From Octopus vulgaris (Eukaryota), in contig OX597829.1 of the NCBI GenBank assembly GCA_951406725.2, positions 29,078,001 to 29,142,000 of the forward strand: a DNA stretch of 64,000 nt. The letters run 5' to 3'. The translations under genes and the position numbers were made by a program. The notes below the pieces were generated by a model, which was not told where the DNA came from, made no database searches, and worked only from the letters and a program-made list of their open reading frames with translations. Every line of letters begins with the position of its first letter. The stretch's first letter is position 1. Shown here piece by piece: positions 12,269 through 25,318 of this stretch.

Positions 12269-12596
12269 AATAATCTGTATTTTTGTTATTTTTTATTTGC
12301 CCTGTCCGTGTGAGCTAACAGTCGTACTGGCTTTCATGGGAAACATGTATTTTCGTGGTTGAAACCTTTTGGATTAACTGGTGCTAGAGTGATCAATATA
12401 GTGACCACTCTCTTATATTTATTTTGTGAAAATATTATAATATGTTATAAAATATTATAATAATCCAGGTTTCTCGTAGCACTAGGCCACTTGGTGTGGA
12501 ATAAATATACTATTAAATTAGTATCTAATTCTCTCACCCTTATTAATTAATTATATATATATATATATACATACATATATATATATATATATATAT

Positions 12597-12933
12597 CAGA
12601 GACTCCCTTCGGTCATGACTGACTATGGGATTGCACCTAGAAAGTTACCTTCCCAGGCACAAGTCAAGGCAAAGTTGTTTATGGAAGATCAGCAGTCACA
12701 CATGCATACCACCCTCCCCTCTCCATGCTACCGATGTTATCCAAGGGAAAGACAAAGGCCGATACAGCTTGGCACCAGTAACGTCGCAACTCATTTCCAC
12801 AGCTGAGTGAACTGGAGCAATGTGAAATAAAGTGTCTTGCTCAAGAACACAACACACAACCTGGTCTGGGATTCGAACTCATAACTTCACGGTCATAAGA
12901 TTGACGCTCAAACCGCTGAGCCATGTGCCTTCA
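12597..12933 (-). mobile_element. tRNA-derived SINE family C (V-domain-like core)
   Basis: Minus strand reads ggcacatggctcagcggtt...gagttcgaatcc...ttcttgagcaagacactt...cactcagctg. Relatives at about 22167-22463(-), 23372-23850(+), 26200-26515(-), 30237-30485(+), 36240-36535(+), 52025-52215(-). Confidence 0.75.
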
Positions 12934-12957
12934 CTATATAGATATATATATATATAT

Positions 12958-12989
<32 letters not shown>

Positions 12990-12999
12990 CAACTACATA

Positions 13000-14240
13000 C
13001 GAGGGGCGTTCAATAAGTAATGTCCCTGACCCACTTCCCATAGCAGTAGAGCAACGAAACTTGGTACAGGTATTAGTCTTTTTCAGCATAGGAAAAACCC
13101 AGAGTTATGCATTTCTCCCATTGTTTGATGCAGCTCTGGAGACCGTTTTCGTAGAAGACCCCAGCTTGGTCCTCCAACCACGACGTGACTTCAGAAATCA
13201 AGGCTGCATCATCTGGGAAATGCTTTCCTTTCAAAAACAACTTCATGGCTGGGAAGAGGTGAAAATCAGAGGGTGCAAAGTCAGGAGAGTAGGGGGTGGG
13301 GGAAGAGTTCATAGCCGCACGCCTGTGCTTCTGATCTGGCGACACGCGAGTTGTGGTCCGGAGGGTTGTCCTGCAGGAGGAGGATGCCTTTGCTGATCTT
13401 GCCCCGCCTCTTGGTTTTGATAGCTTCTCTTAATTGCCTCAAAAGTGAAGCATAATAGGCTCCTGTAATTGTGGTACCCTTTGCCAGGAAATCTGTCATC
13501 ACTACTCCGTCCTGGTCCCAGAAGACTGTGAGCATGACCTTGCCAGCGGAGGGCTGCACACTTGCCTTCTTTGGAGGAAGTGAGTCATGGTGCTTCCACT
13601 GCATCGACTGGGCTTTGGTCTCTGAATTTTGACTCATCTTCTTGGCACATCCCTAAATTCATCCTTGGGCACTCGACGCGTTCTTGCTTCTGGAAAAGTG
13701 TGAGCAACCTGGGAATCCATCTGGCAGACACCTTTTGCATATGCAAATGGTCATGAATGATAGTTTCCATAGACTCGGTACTAATCTTGACCTCATGGGC
13801 TATTTGGCGAATAGATATGCATCGATCTTCCAAAATGGCAGCCTCAACTTGACGGACAGATGCCTCATCAATGGCAGAAGAGGTGCGACCAGATCTGGGA
13901 GCTGTTTCCACAGAGTTCCGACCATGTTTGAATTCACAATGCCAGCGTTTTACAAGGTCATATGATGGGGCATCATCACCATAAGTTACTTTCATTTCAT
14001 CAAAAGTCTCCTGTGGTGTGCGTCATTTCAAATACAAAAACCGTATCACTGCTCAACACTCAACATGCTCCATTTCCCACTTGACTCATTTCAAACACAT
14101 GTAAATCAGAAACCACAGTTAGTTCGGAGCTGTAATTTGCCACGTAATCTATAGTAATATAAAGAATTGCACATGCAAAATTTCAGCTAGATCAAACAAC
14201 GGCAAGTGGGTCAGAGGCATTACTTATTGAACGCCCCTTG
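13000..14240 (-). mobile_element. Mariner (DD34D) transposon, defective
   Basis: TIRs cgaggggcgttcaataagtaatg / cattacttattgaacgccccttg with TA duplications. Transposase motifs WIPRLL, SAGKVMLTVFWD, QDN and YSPDFAPSDFHLF are present. A ~52-bp deletion removes the DETW motif. Confidence 0.95.
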
Positions 14241-14242
14241 TA

Positions 14243-16160
14243 TGTGGAAAATCGGTGTGTGTTTGTTTGTGGCATTGTTAGCTAACTCATCCTACATTAT
14301 TTTATAGATTTTGATGTAACTTGACATGTGAGTAAAACTCATGTCTGAAAACCTCATGACATACTTAGATTGTTGAAAAATTGATAATACGCCCCCTGGG
14401 AGGTACCTTTATATCTACCTCATATAACTAATTTTTTTAAACACCCAAGGAAAATAACCCATAGCATCTGCACAAAATTTTTTTAAACACTCAAGGGAAA
14501 TAACCCATTTCATTGTTTATTACTTTTATTACTTTGAATATTGATTTTTTTTTGTGTGTCCAATTTCTAAGTTTTGCAGACAATATCACTTTATTTGACA
14601 CATGAGTAGAACTCATCTCTGGAAACCTCGTGACATACTTAGATTGTTGAAAAAAATCAATAATAGAGTTCCTCCAATGGAATCTTCTATCTACTACATA
14701 TTACTAATATTTTATTTAAACAACCCAAGGGAATTAACCCATACCACCTGCAGTTTTTAGCAAAGTGATCAGTATTTGATTCTCACAATCAACCAACTTA
14801 ATTTTGCATTTCACTACTCACAGTTTTGAAATGCTAAACATTATTATTGCACTTGCTTAATTTGAATCTTAAACATTAAAGACTTCATTCATACATTTTT
14901 ATACATACATACTTACATACTTTTTTTGAATGCCCATTACTCCGATAATTCTCTATTTTTATAGTTACACTTTTTCCATGACAGTAGATGAAATTTTTTT
15001 TCCACAACGTATTTGTAGTGACTTCATGCAAGCATAGCATGGATTTGATCCTCGATTGCCAAATTTCACTTAACACTTCAACAGCACTTTTCTCACAGTC
15101 AAACAATAGTTTTTTCTGTGAATGACAGCAGTTATACATTTCCTAGATGCCTTTGCTAAGCAGAATAAAGTCTTTGCCGCTTGACCCTTCTAACTTCTTC
15201 TAGGCCACCACTGGCTGGAATGGAGATAACAGACCTCCAACGAAATCATTTGTTCTCAACAATGTCTATCCTTCTGGTTGCTTTTTGATAATTATAAAAA
15301 CAAGAACTCCATAAGCTAAAGGCAGTTACTGAGAGTGACAGTCAGTGAATATGAACGTTATTATTGCACTTCCATCAAACACTTCATTAATATTTACATT
15401 ATTTACATTATTTGCATTTGGCAGATATTTGTTCTCATCTTGTTTGTTGTCAACACAACATTTCGGCTGATATACCTTCCAGCCTTCATCAGGTGTCTTG
15501 GGGAAATTTCGAACCTGGGTTCTATTCCTAAGGTATTTTTCAATGTTGTTGTTGTTGTTGTTGTTGTTATTATTATTCAGGTCACTGCTTGGAATTGAAC
15601 TCAGAATCTTGGGGTTAGTAGCCCGCACTCTTAACCCCTACGCCATATGCCCAAAAAGCAGCCAGAAGGATAGACATATTGTTGAGAACAAATGATTTCG
15701 TTGGAGGTCTGTTATCTCCATTCCAGCCCCTGGTGGCCTAGAAGAGGTTGAATGGGTCAAGCAACAAAGACATTATTCTGCTTAGTGAAGGCATCTGGGA
15801 AATGTATAACTGCTGTCATTCACAGAAAACTATTGTTTTACAGTGAGAAAAGTACTGTTGAAGTGTTAAGTGAAATTTGGCAATCGAGGATTGAATCCTT
15901 GCTATGCCAGCATGAAGCCACTACAAACACTTCATTCTCTTACTAACCTCCGAGAATCTTTCTTGCCAACCTCTGAAAATCTCTCTCGCCGACCTCTGAC
16001 AATCTCTTCATCCTCCAGTTGACAGTTTTTTGTACTTTTTCGTGATGGAAAATGCACCTTTTGCGGCAGTTATAACAAAATTGCCTTCTTATATCAGGGT
16101 AATAAGGCATTTTGATAGAACATCTTTACTCCTGGGAATTACCGGGGGGTACACCAGCTA

Positions 16161-16162
<2 letters not shown>
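14243..16162 (+). mobile_element. Probable non-autonomous Helitron-like element
   Basis: The 3' end cctgggaattaccggggggtacaccagCTAGt is a GC hairpin followed by CTAG. Internal direct repeats at about 14320-14490 and 14595-14750, and an internal ~280-bp inverted repeat. The 5' boundary is uncertain. Confidence 0.5.
15385..15652 (-). mobile_element. tRNA-headed SINE carrying a hammerhead ribozyme (copy 1)
   Basis: Minus strand has a tRNA-like head at 15651-15580 (tggcgtaggggttaa; gagttcaattcc), then (AAT)n(AAC)n. The HHR at 15496-15453 reads acac-CTGATGA-a-ggctg...cagcc-GAAA-tg-TT-gtgt. Confidence 0.8.
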
Positions 16163-16211
<49 letters not shown>

Positions 16212-16237
16212 CATTTCAGGATGGTATTATATATAAA

Positions 16238-16500
16238 TATATTCGTTCTTCACTTGTTAATCACTGTTCTTATTCTAACTCATGTTCATTGTCTGGAAAT
16301 CTTCCATCACACATCTGTGACCTCTTCAGTGACATATTCCATCCTCATGTGTGTTCTTGCTCTGCTTAGTCCATTAACAAGAGCATGCATGAGGACGGAA
16401 TGTGACACTGAAGAGGTCATAGATGTGCAATGAAAGATTTCCAGACAATGGATATGAATTAGAATTAAAAAAATAATAAACAAGTGAAGAAAGAATATAT
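16238..16500. repeat. ~265-bp imperfect palindrome (MITE/foldback-like)
   Basis: The arms cattgtctggaaatcttccat...ctcttcagtg and cactgaagag...gatttccagacaatg are reverse complements. Confidence 0.75.
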
Positions 16501-17087
16501 AGTGCATGTGCTTCATCATCATCATCATCATCATCATCGTTTAACGTTCACTTTCCATGCTAGCATGGGTTGGACATATGACTGAGGGCTGGCAAACCAG
16601 ATAGCTGCACCAGGTTTCAATCTTGATCTGGCAAGGTTTCTACAGCTGGAACATGAGCTACTATAAGTTTCATGCTTGGATAGTAAAGTTATTGGAGTGT
16701 TTGAACAGCATGCTATCCTGAATTCATTCAGTCTCAAAATAAATGTGGCTGCACTCGGGGGAAAAAGTAAGATAAAAATGAGAAAAGAATACAGGAGTAA
16801 AAAGAAAGAATGAAAAGTAGAAGAGAATGGAGAGAAAATAAGAGTTGTGTCCCTTTTGTCCATTATAAGGGGAATTAACAGTAGCTACTGGAGCTAATCT
16901 CACTGAGAAAGTTTGTAAGCCTGTATGCTAATCTAAAGTGGCAGCATTTTCCAGTTCAAAAGCAGAAACTTACTGAGATGCTTGCATTTGAGAAAATTTC
17001 CAACATCAATTTCAATAAAATGGTTAGTCCTGAAGACATTGCAAGATTGAAATATGTATCAAATAATACCATATGTGTGTGTTTGTG

Positions 17088-17133
<46 letters not shown>

Positions 17134-17623
17134 TTTGTGTGTGTGTGTGTGTTGCACATTGTTTAAGCATGTGGTTGTGTGGTGAGAAGTTTGCTCTCCA
17201 GCCATACAGTTCCGGGTTCAGTCCCAATGCATGGCACCTTGGACAAGTGTCTTCTACTATAGCCTCAAGGTGACTAAATAAAGCCTTGTGAGTTGATTTG
17301 GTAATCAGAAACTGAAAGGATCCCATCATATATATACATACATCATCATCATCATTTAGCGTCCGATTTCCATGCTAGCATGGTGGGTTGGACGGTTCAA
17401 CTGGGGTCTGGTAAGCCAGAAGACTGCACCAGGCCCAGTCTGATCTGGCAATGTTTCTACGGCTGGATGCCCTTCCTAACGCCAACCACTCCGTGAGTGT
17501 AGTTGGTGCTTTTTATGTACCATATATATATATATATACATATATATATATGTGTCTGTTAATATTATACACAAGATGGAGTACTTCTTTTGTTGGTCTT
17601 ACCACTACAGAACAGTACACTTC

Positions 17624-17676
<53 letters not shown>

Positions 17677-17970
17677 CATACACACACAAGCACACACACA
17701 CATATATGTATGTATGCATATTTGTGTGTGCATATGTGTGTGTGTGTTTGTGCCTTTCTTTAACCCCTACCATCACTTGACAACTGGTGTTGATGCATTC
17801 ACATTACCATATCTTAGCAGTTCAACCCCAGTCCTTATTTTTAAGCCTGGTACTTATTCTATTGGTCTCTTGTGCCAAACTGCTAAGTTATGGAGGATGT
17901 CAACAAACCATTACCAGTTGTCAAGCAGCAGTGGGGGATGAACACAGACACAAAGACACACACATATGTG

Positions 17971-18038
<68 letters not shown>

Positions 18039-18570
18039 TATATACATATATATATATACAGACACACACATACAGTGGGCTTCTTTTAGTTACCTTCTAC
18101 CAAATCCACTCACATTTAATAACAATGATCAACTAATTGTTAATTGTTACTCCATTTCTTTTCTTATCTGAATATATTTATTTCATTATTGCCCACAGGG
18201 GGCTAAACATAGAGGGGACAAACAAGGACAGACAAAAGGATTAAGTCAATTACATCAACCCCAGTGCATAACTGGTACTTATTTAATTGACCCCAAAAGA
18301 GGAAAGGCAAAGTTGACCTCAGTGGAATTTGAACTCAGAACATAGCAGCAAATGAAATACATCAAGCCATTTCACCTGGCGTGCTAGCATTTCTGCCAGC
18401 TCGCTGCCCTATTTATCTGAATATATTAAACCATGGTTTACCATTTAAATTACCAGCTGCTGTTAACCTTATAGCAAGGCCTATACATAGTGAGATAATA
18501 CACCAGTAGTGGCTAACATTTATTCCTTAGACAGTTGCATAACCTCTAACTCAGAATTTATATATATATA

Positions 18571-21463
18571 TGTTGTAATGTGGATCCTTGTCCACTTGTA
18601 TGCTGTTGTCGGTATTGTAACATTCTTGTCGCCACTAATATGTTATGATGGTATTTCACATCTTATTATCTTTGACTTGTCAATCATGCTATCACTGACA
18701 GATCTGCAAGACAATGACTTTGAAACGTCTACCTTGACAGTAACTCAAATTCGTATATATCACATAAATGACACCGACTCCAACTAAGAACTCATACAAT
18801 AACTGTATTACAACTGACTTCCTACAGTGACTGACTATCTGACTTTATAGTGGCTGAGTCATACCTCTTTGTCACATGGGAAGGGGAGTACCATTTTCAC
18901 TACAACATCTCCCCTTTTAATTTCTTTTTTCTTTGGAAAGTAAGTAATTTTATTTTACTTTATTCACCCCTCCTCTTATTTTTGTCTTTTTTTTCTTTTC
19001 CAACTTAATATTTTTTTCTTTTTGGTGTTTATTTGTAGGAACTTTGTGGTCTTCCTTTATCAATTATAGCTAGACTTTCTAGTCCTTCCAGCTCTTTATT
19101 GATGAGTTCTAATGCCACAAACAGCACATTTTGGGTGTTACTTTTCCTTTTACTGCAATCCTTGCTTTTGTTTTAGTGCAACAGCTTAATACTTCCACAA
19201 ATAAACATTTGGAAACAATTTTTTAAATTTTCGTCTTAGCTGTTTGACTTCCTTCAAACTTTTAACCATGCCAACTACATTTTCCCTAATGAGGGTATCG
19301 CACATCCTAAATAACTCCATACATTCTGTGCCAAATAGGTTTAGTGATTTTTTTTGACACATAAATGGTTGCCCTTCTCATTTCACCTCGAAAAGTTACA
19401 TTGCAAATACATTCACTGATGAAATATAATTTCTTTCCTCTAACACCATATGCTACTTTATTTGATTTAAATAATTTCAGCTTACAGATTTTTCACCTTG
19501 TTTCTTCATTTATGATAGTGATGTCACTACCTGTGTCTAATTGCATTTTGACACTAATGGTTTCGATTCTCACCTTTATGAATTTTCTGTTCGTTGTACA
19601 AACATTTTTCTCTGATGAAAAACTATTTATTTTTTCTTGTTTGGTCCAATTTTTCATCATCTTAGATATGCAGAGTGATTTAATGTGTCCTGTGTTCCCA
19701 CAATGAAAGCACTTTACTTTTTTCAACGGACACTCTTTTCTCGGGTACCTACCATATGCCGTACATGGATTTATCTCCTGTTGTATATCATATTTTATAT
19801 GAAACACTTTATCCACATTGGTTTTATCTGTAAATAATCTCTGTGTCATGCCTTACTTTTAATAACATATCACACTCTTCTGACAGTTTCTGGAGAGTTA
19901 TATCCTGGTTCATTTCCAGCTTTTTGAGAATTTTTGTTCTGACTTCTGCGTCCTTTTTAGCAGTAAGACCCTGAGCAAAAACCAGGCACTTGAACAAGTC
20001 TGAAGTTAGTTTATCCAGTTTAAATCTCTTGCACTTTCTCTTCACTCAACCCACATATGTGGTAATGTCCTCATCATCGCTTTTCTTGGTGTTCAAACAC
20101 TTCCAACACGTGTTGAATAACAATGTTTTTTCAGTAAAGATCTTACATAAAATGTCAATTGTGTCCGTGAAATTTAGGTCAGAAACTTTTTTAGGCAATA
20201 TAAAATTACAGTAGGTGGTGAGCTGGCAGAAGCGTTACAACACCGGGCGAAATGCTTAGCAGTATTTCGTCTGCCATTACATTCTGAGTTCAAATTCCAC
20301 TGGGGTCGACTTTACCTTTCATCCTTTCGGGGGTCGACAAATTAAGTACCAGTTAAGCACAGGAGTCAATATATATTTCTTTACTACCCACGAGGGGCTA
20401 AACACAGACGGGACAAACAAGGACAGACAAAGGGATTAAGTCGATTATATCGACCCCAGTGTGTAACTGGTACTTAATTTATCGACCCCGAAAGGATGAA
20501 AGGCAAAGTCGACCTCGGCGGAATTTGAACTCGGAACGTGACGACAGACGAAATACAGCTACGCATTTCGCCCAGCGTGCTAACGTTTCTGCCAGCTCGC
20601 CGCCTTAGGAGTCAATATAATCAACTTAATCCCTTTGTCTGTCCTTGTTTGTCCCCTCTATGCCCCTTGTCGGCAATAAAGAAATAAATATAAAGTTACA
20701 GTATTTCTCATGCTCTATTGTTGCCAGTTTCTTCAGAATTAGATGTGCTTTCATTTTGTCTGTCCAGTCTTAGCATTCTTTTTCCAAAATGTGTTCAAAT
20801 CGTCTGTAATATGCCTCAAAGGTGATCCCTTCTTCCGGCTTATATTTGAATTCATTTACTGAATTTGCTACATGGTCAGATGAAAACGTATTTTCAGGTT
20901 TTATTACCTACTTCATTAGTTGTAGCATCTGTTGCTGTAACATTTGTTGTAGTTCTTATAGTTCTATGAGTTTTTGTTGCTGCTTTTGCAACTCAACTAA
21001 ACCCCCTAACAGGTTTTCGATAATTTTATAGATTTTTCATATAATATATACAACAAAAATGTTTGTTACTCCTCTGTTGAGTTTTTAATTTTACCACATC
21101 AAAAAATTTTCAATGTCATCTGTGTGAATTGTTTATTTTCTCATGGAAAATTTTTTTTCTTTTTTTCAACATTATCTGCGTGAATCCTCATCCACCTGTA
21201 TGTTGTTGTAGGCATTATAACATTCTTGTCACCACTAATACCTTCTGGCAGTATTCTGCATCTTATTATCTTTGATTTGTCAATCATGCTATTGCTGGTG
21301 GCTCTGCAAGACAATGGCTTTGAAACGGCTACCTTGACAGTTACTTGAACTCATGTATATCACATAACTGACACTGATTCCAACTGAGAACTCTTACAAC
21401 GACTCTGCTGCTACTGACTTCCTACTGTCTGACATTATAGTGAGTACCATTTTCACTACAACA
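18571..21463 (-). mobile_element. Internally deleted Gypsy/Ty3 LTR retrotransposon
   Basis: LTRs at 18571-18907 (tgttgta...tacaaca) and about 21180-21463. The polypurine tract aaaaggggaga lies next to the 3' LTR and the target duplication is atata. Remnants of gag (CFHCGNTGHIKSLC) and protease (LDTGSDITII) are present; no RT or integrase was seen. Confidence 0.9.
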
Positions 21464-21675
21464 ATATATATACATGTGTGTGTGCGTGTGTGTTCCCAGT
21501 AACATTAAGAGTGACCTGATATATATATATATATATATATAAAATGAATGAGGGAAACAGAAAATGGATTTAGCAAGAATCTTTATTCGGCACAACAATC
21601 GTTTCAACCCATCCTGCATACTACTAGACATATACCCAATGTCCAATTAATTACTTATGTATATATATATATATA

Positions 21676-21720
<45 letters not shown>

Positions 21721-21841
21721 TATAAAAATTACAAAAGGGGACAAGAAAGCAAACCACACAAAGAAACGACACAAAAAAACAGACGGGTCATTCGAAGCCT
21801 CTAATCTTCAGTCAGGAACCGGATCATCTTAGCAATTTCGG

Positions 21842-21971
<130 letters not shown>

Positions 21972-22699
21972 CCTTACATACATATATATTGCCTATGATA
22001 TGATGGCTGCCCACTCATGGCCAAGGAAGACCATCATTGACCATTAAGAACATTGTGCAGTCAGACAAAATTATATTTTACACTTGTGTCTCCACTGGTG
22101 ACTCACAAACCCATATACAACTACTATATGCAAGATCTATATGTACATACATATATAATATTGTTTGTTCCTTCTCGAGCCAGGCCTGGCTCATAGGGCC
22201 GGTTTCCCAGTTTCCTTGGTGTATAGGTTCCCCACCTGGATGAGATGCCGGTCCGTTACAGGTGAGCTGCAAGATGCAGGAGGAAAGAGTGAGAGAAAGT
22301 TGTGGCGAAATAGTCAGCAGAAGCTCGCCATTACTTTCTGCCAGAGCCATGTGGAGCTTAGGTGTTTCGCTCATAAGCACACACATCGCCCGGTCTGAGA
22401 TTCAAACCCATGATCCCTTGACTGTGAGTCTACTGCCCTAACCACTAGGCCATGTGCCTCCACCATATATAATATATACATATATATATTTGTTTATAAA
22501 CCTTGAGCCACCTATCATATTCAAGAACCTAGTGACAGGTGTCAGTATGAAGATTTTGAACCTGTCCTCGAGAAATTTGCGACATTAAGGCCTCCTATAA
22601 CAATGAGGCTTTGGTTTCCAGTGGGTTTTAGGACTGCATCTCCTATATATCAAAAGGAAGTGCCACTGAAGAGTCATTTGGTTTACCTCACCCTTCTCA

Positions 22700-22835
22700 A
22701 TCAACATTAAGACCTACATGGGAGAATAATATTCCTTTGATTAGAGGACAAACACTTCACATAGACATATAGGAATGACCATTTGTTAAATAGATACAAC
22801 ATAAGGGTCTCTTTCAGCTGTGTTCCCAGTGTTAA
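22700..22835 (+). pseudogene. Penelope-like element ORF remnant
   Basis: Reads LNRYNIRVSFSCVPS, matching IFNRHSVKLSYS at about 59765 and the PLE RT/GIY-YIG linker motif. Confidence 0.45.
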
Positions 22836-25028
22836 AAAAATATTTATTTCTTTATTGCCCACAGGGGGCTAAGCATGGAGGGGACAAACAAGGACAGACA
22901 AAGGAATTAAGTCAATTACATCAACCCCAGTGTGAAACTGGTACTTATTTAATTGATCCCGAAAAGATGAAAGGCGAAGTCAACCTTGGTGAAATTTGAA
23001 CTCAGAGCATAATGGCGGACAAAATACCGGCATTCTAAACAATTCTGCCAGCTCGCCACACTAAAATGTTAAAAAGATATTAGTGAACCCCTCCTAAACC
23101 TTGCATTGAGGCAGGATGCTCATGCAGGGTTAGCAATGTGTGCCCAGTGGGGTCACAAAACAACTCCAAAGCTGATATTTATGAGGCTGATGTGGTGTCC
23201 AGCAGTAATGGTAGCAGTGGCAGCAATGGTAGCAACAGCACATCTGCTGTTAACAGTAACAGTGACAACAACCTCAACATTGGCACTAACAGTAGCAGCA
23301 GCAGTACATTAAGCAATATCAGCAGCAATGACAGCAATAGCAACAGCTACAGCAGCAACAACAGCAACAGTGGAGGCACAATGGCCCAGTGGTTAGGGCA
23401 GCGAACTCACAGTCGTATGAACGTGGTTTCAATTCCCGGTCCAAGCATTGTGAGTGTTTATTGAGCAAAAATACCTAAGCTCCACGAGGCTCTGGCAGGG
23501 GACGGTGGTGAACCCCACTGTACTCTTTCACCACAACTTTCTCTCACTCTTTTTTCCTATTTCTGCCACAAAGCAGAGGAACCATGGTGTGGTAAACTTT
23601 CAGACCCTAATCTAGATTGCGAATCCTCTGGACCCCAAGATGGTTCAGCTCTCCATCAGTTAAAAGCCACCGTTTACGGAATGAGGATAACATCCTAGCT
23701 TTCGTGCCTGTGCAACTGCCAGTCTATCGCATGTGGTGGGTGGATCTTCAAGTTGCCGCATGCATTCTTAGTAGCCTAGAGTAGGCTCGAATTAGAGATT
23801 ATTCTTTGTGGTTAATGGTGTGAGTCCTGACTGGAAGAAGAAGAAGAAGAAGACAGCAACAGATCCAGCAGTAACAATAACAATGGTACCACAGCTGCAA
23901 CTCCACCAGCACAAGGGCACAGAAATATGTTGGATCTGCAGCAGGTCCATTCAAGAAACATTCTGAAGATCACAAGTCCTCTTTAGGGATACCAGAGAGG
24001 CAAAAGTTCATGTCCCTGGCCAGCTACCTATGGCATTTAAAAGAGGAGGGTACACCATACATAATTAAATGGTGGCTCCTAGAACAAGACATCCACATTA
24101 AGTTGGATGTGTGAGTGTGTGTGTGTGTGTGAGTGTGTGTGTGTGTGTGAGTGTGTGTGTGTGTGTATACTCAACACACATATATACATATATACATATA
24201 TATTATCTCTCTATCTAGCTAGTTATCCCTTCATATGTGTTTCTCATTCTCTCTCCCTTACTAACCTACTATTCCAGAGAGAGTATGAGATAATGAAAGG
24301 AAGAAGAAAAACAAAGAGTTTGATGTCATGCAAACATTTTTTCTAATCTTTCCTTTTACTGACACAACTAACCCTTTTCCAACTTCCTGTATTTCAACTT
24401 TTTGCAAGTACTGTATTCTGTGTCTTCTATCTTCCTCCATCTCCTCTGCTTTCTTTACAGACTGTAGGGTGTAGTTTGAGGGGAAATTTGGTTAACATTT
24501 CTCAAAACAAATGTTATATGAATTTCATTGTGAGACAGCAAATAATAATTTCTGAATATAGTTTCAGAATACACACACACAAATGTACATACATTATATC
24601 CCAAAGGGATACAGTTACATACAAGTTTCCCTCTGCCAGCTCATCCAACAATCAAAGGTGGTTAGGAACAGCAAATCTTATAAGTCACCATCATCTTTCT
24701 CAATGTGAAATATTTTTAATTGACTACAATTTTTTTGTATTGAGCTCTTTATCAGCGAATGATTAATCCCAGCATAACATCTACTTGTATAAGTACAACA
24801 TTCACAATGTGTCTGTTTACAAGAAGTTTACTCTTTTTTTTACTCTTTTACTTGTTTCAGTCATGTGACTGTGGCCATGCTGAAGCACTGCCTTTAGTCG
24901 AAGAAATTGACACCAGGACTTATTCTTTGTAAGCCTAGTACTTATTCTATTGATCTCTTTTGCTGAACCGCTAAGCTATGTCAAGCGATGTTGGGGGACA
25001 AACACAGACACACAAACATATACACACA

Positions 25029-25104
<76 letters not shown>

Positions 25105-25280
25105 TATATACGTTGGGTTTCTTTCAGTTTCCGTCTACCAAATCCACTCACAAGGCTTTGGTTGGCCTGAAGCTATAGTAGAAGACACTTGCCCAAGGTG
25201 CCATGCAGTGGGACTGAACCCGGAACTTACTGCACAACCACTCCTGCACTTATTTGTTTGCATGTAAATATATTTACCTC

Positions 25281-25318
<38 letters not shown>

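Larger units (their letters stand above)
11121..12555. mobile_element. 533-bp non-coding hammerhead-containing repeat: ~1.8 tandem plus-strand units and ~0.9 inverted unit (retrozyme/Penelope pLTR-like)
   Basis: 11614-12146 repeats from 12147 to 12555. 11121-11615 is the reverse complement of about 11930-12424. Copies look identical by eye, the locus is flanked by (TA)n, and the ORF track shows no ORF of 60 aa or more. Confidence 0.9.

Noticed and set aside
15580-15651. tRNA gene
   Set aside because: The acceptor stem is imperfect and it is fused to a repeat body present twice, so it is a SINE head. The same applies to the other SINE heads.
16405-16450. CTGAAGA...GAAA inside the 16238-16500 palindrome as a hammerhead
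   Set aside because: Stems I and II do not pair, and the opposite arm reads GGAA.
21785-21820. Minus-strand CTGAAGA...CGAA as a hammerhead (also at about 54005-54035)
   Set aside because: It lacks GAAA and a convincing stem I or III.
23138-23464. Ser/Asn-rich 108-aa ORF as an exon
   Set aside because: It is a degenerate (AGC/AAC)n repeat running into a SINE head, with no supporting splice or domain evidence.
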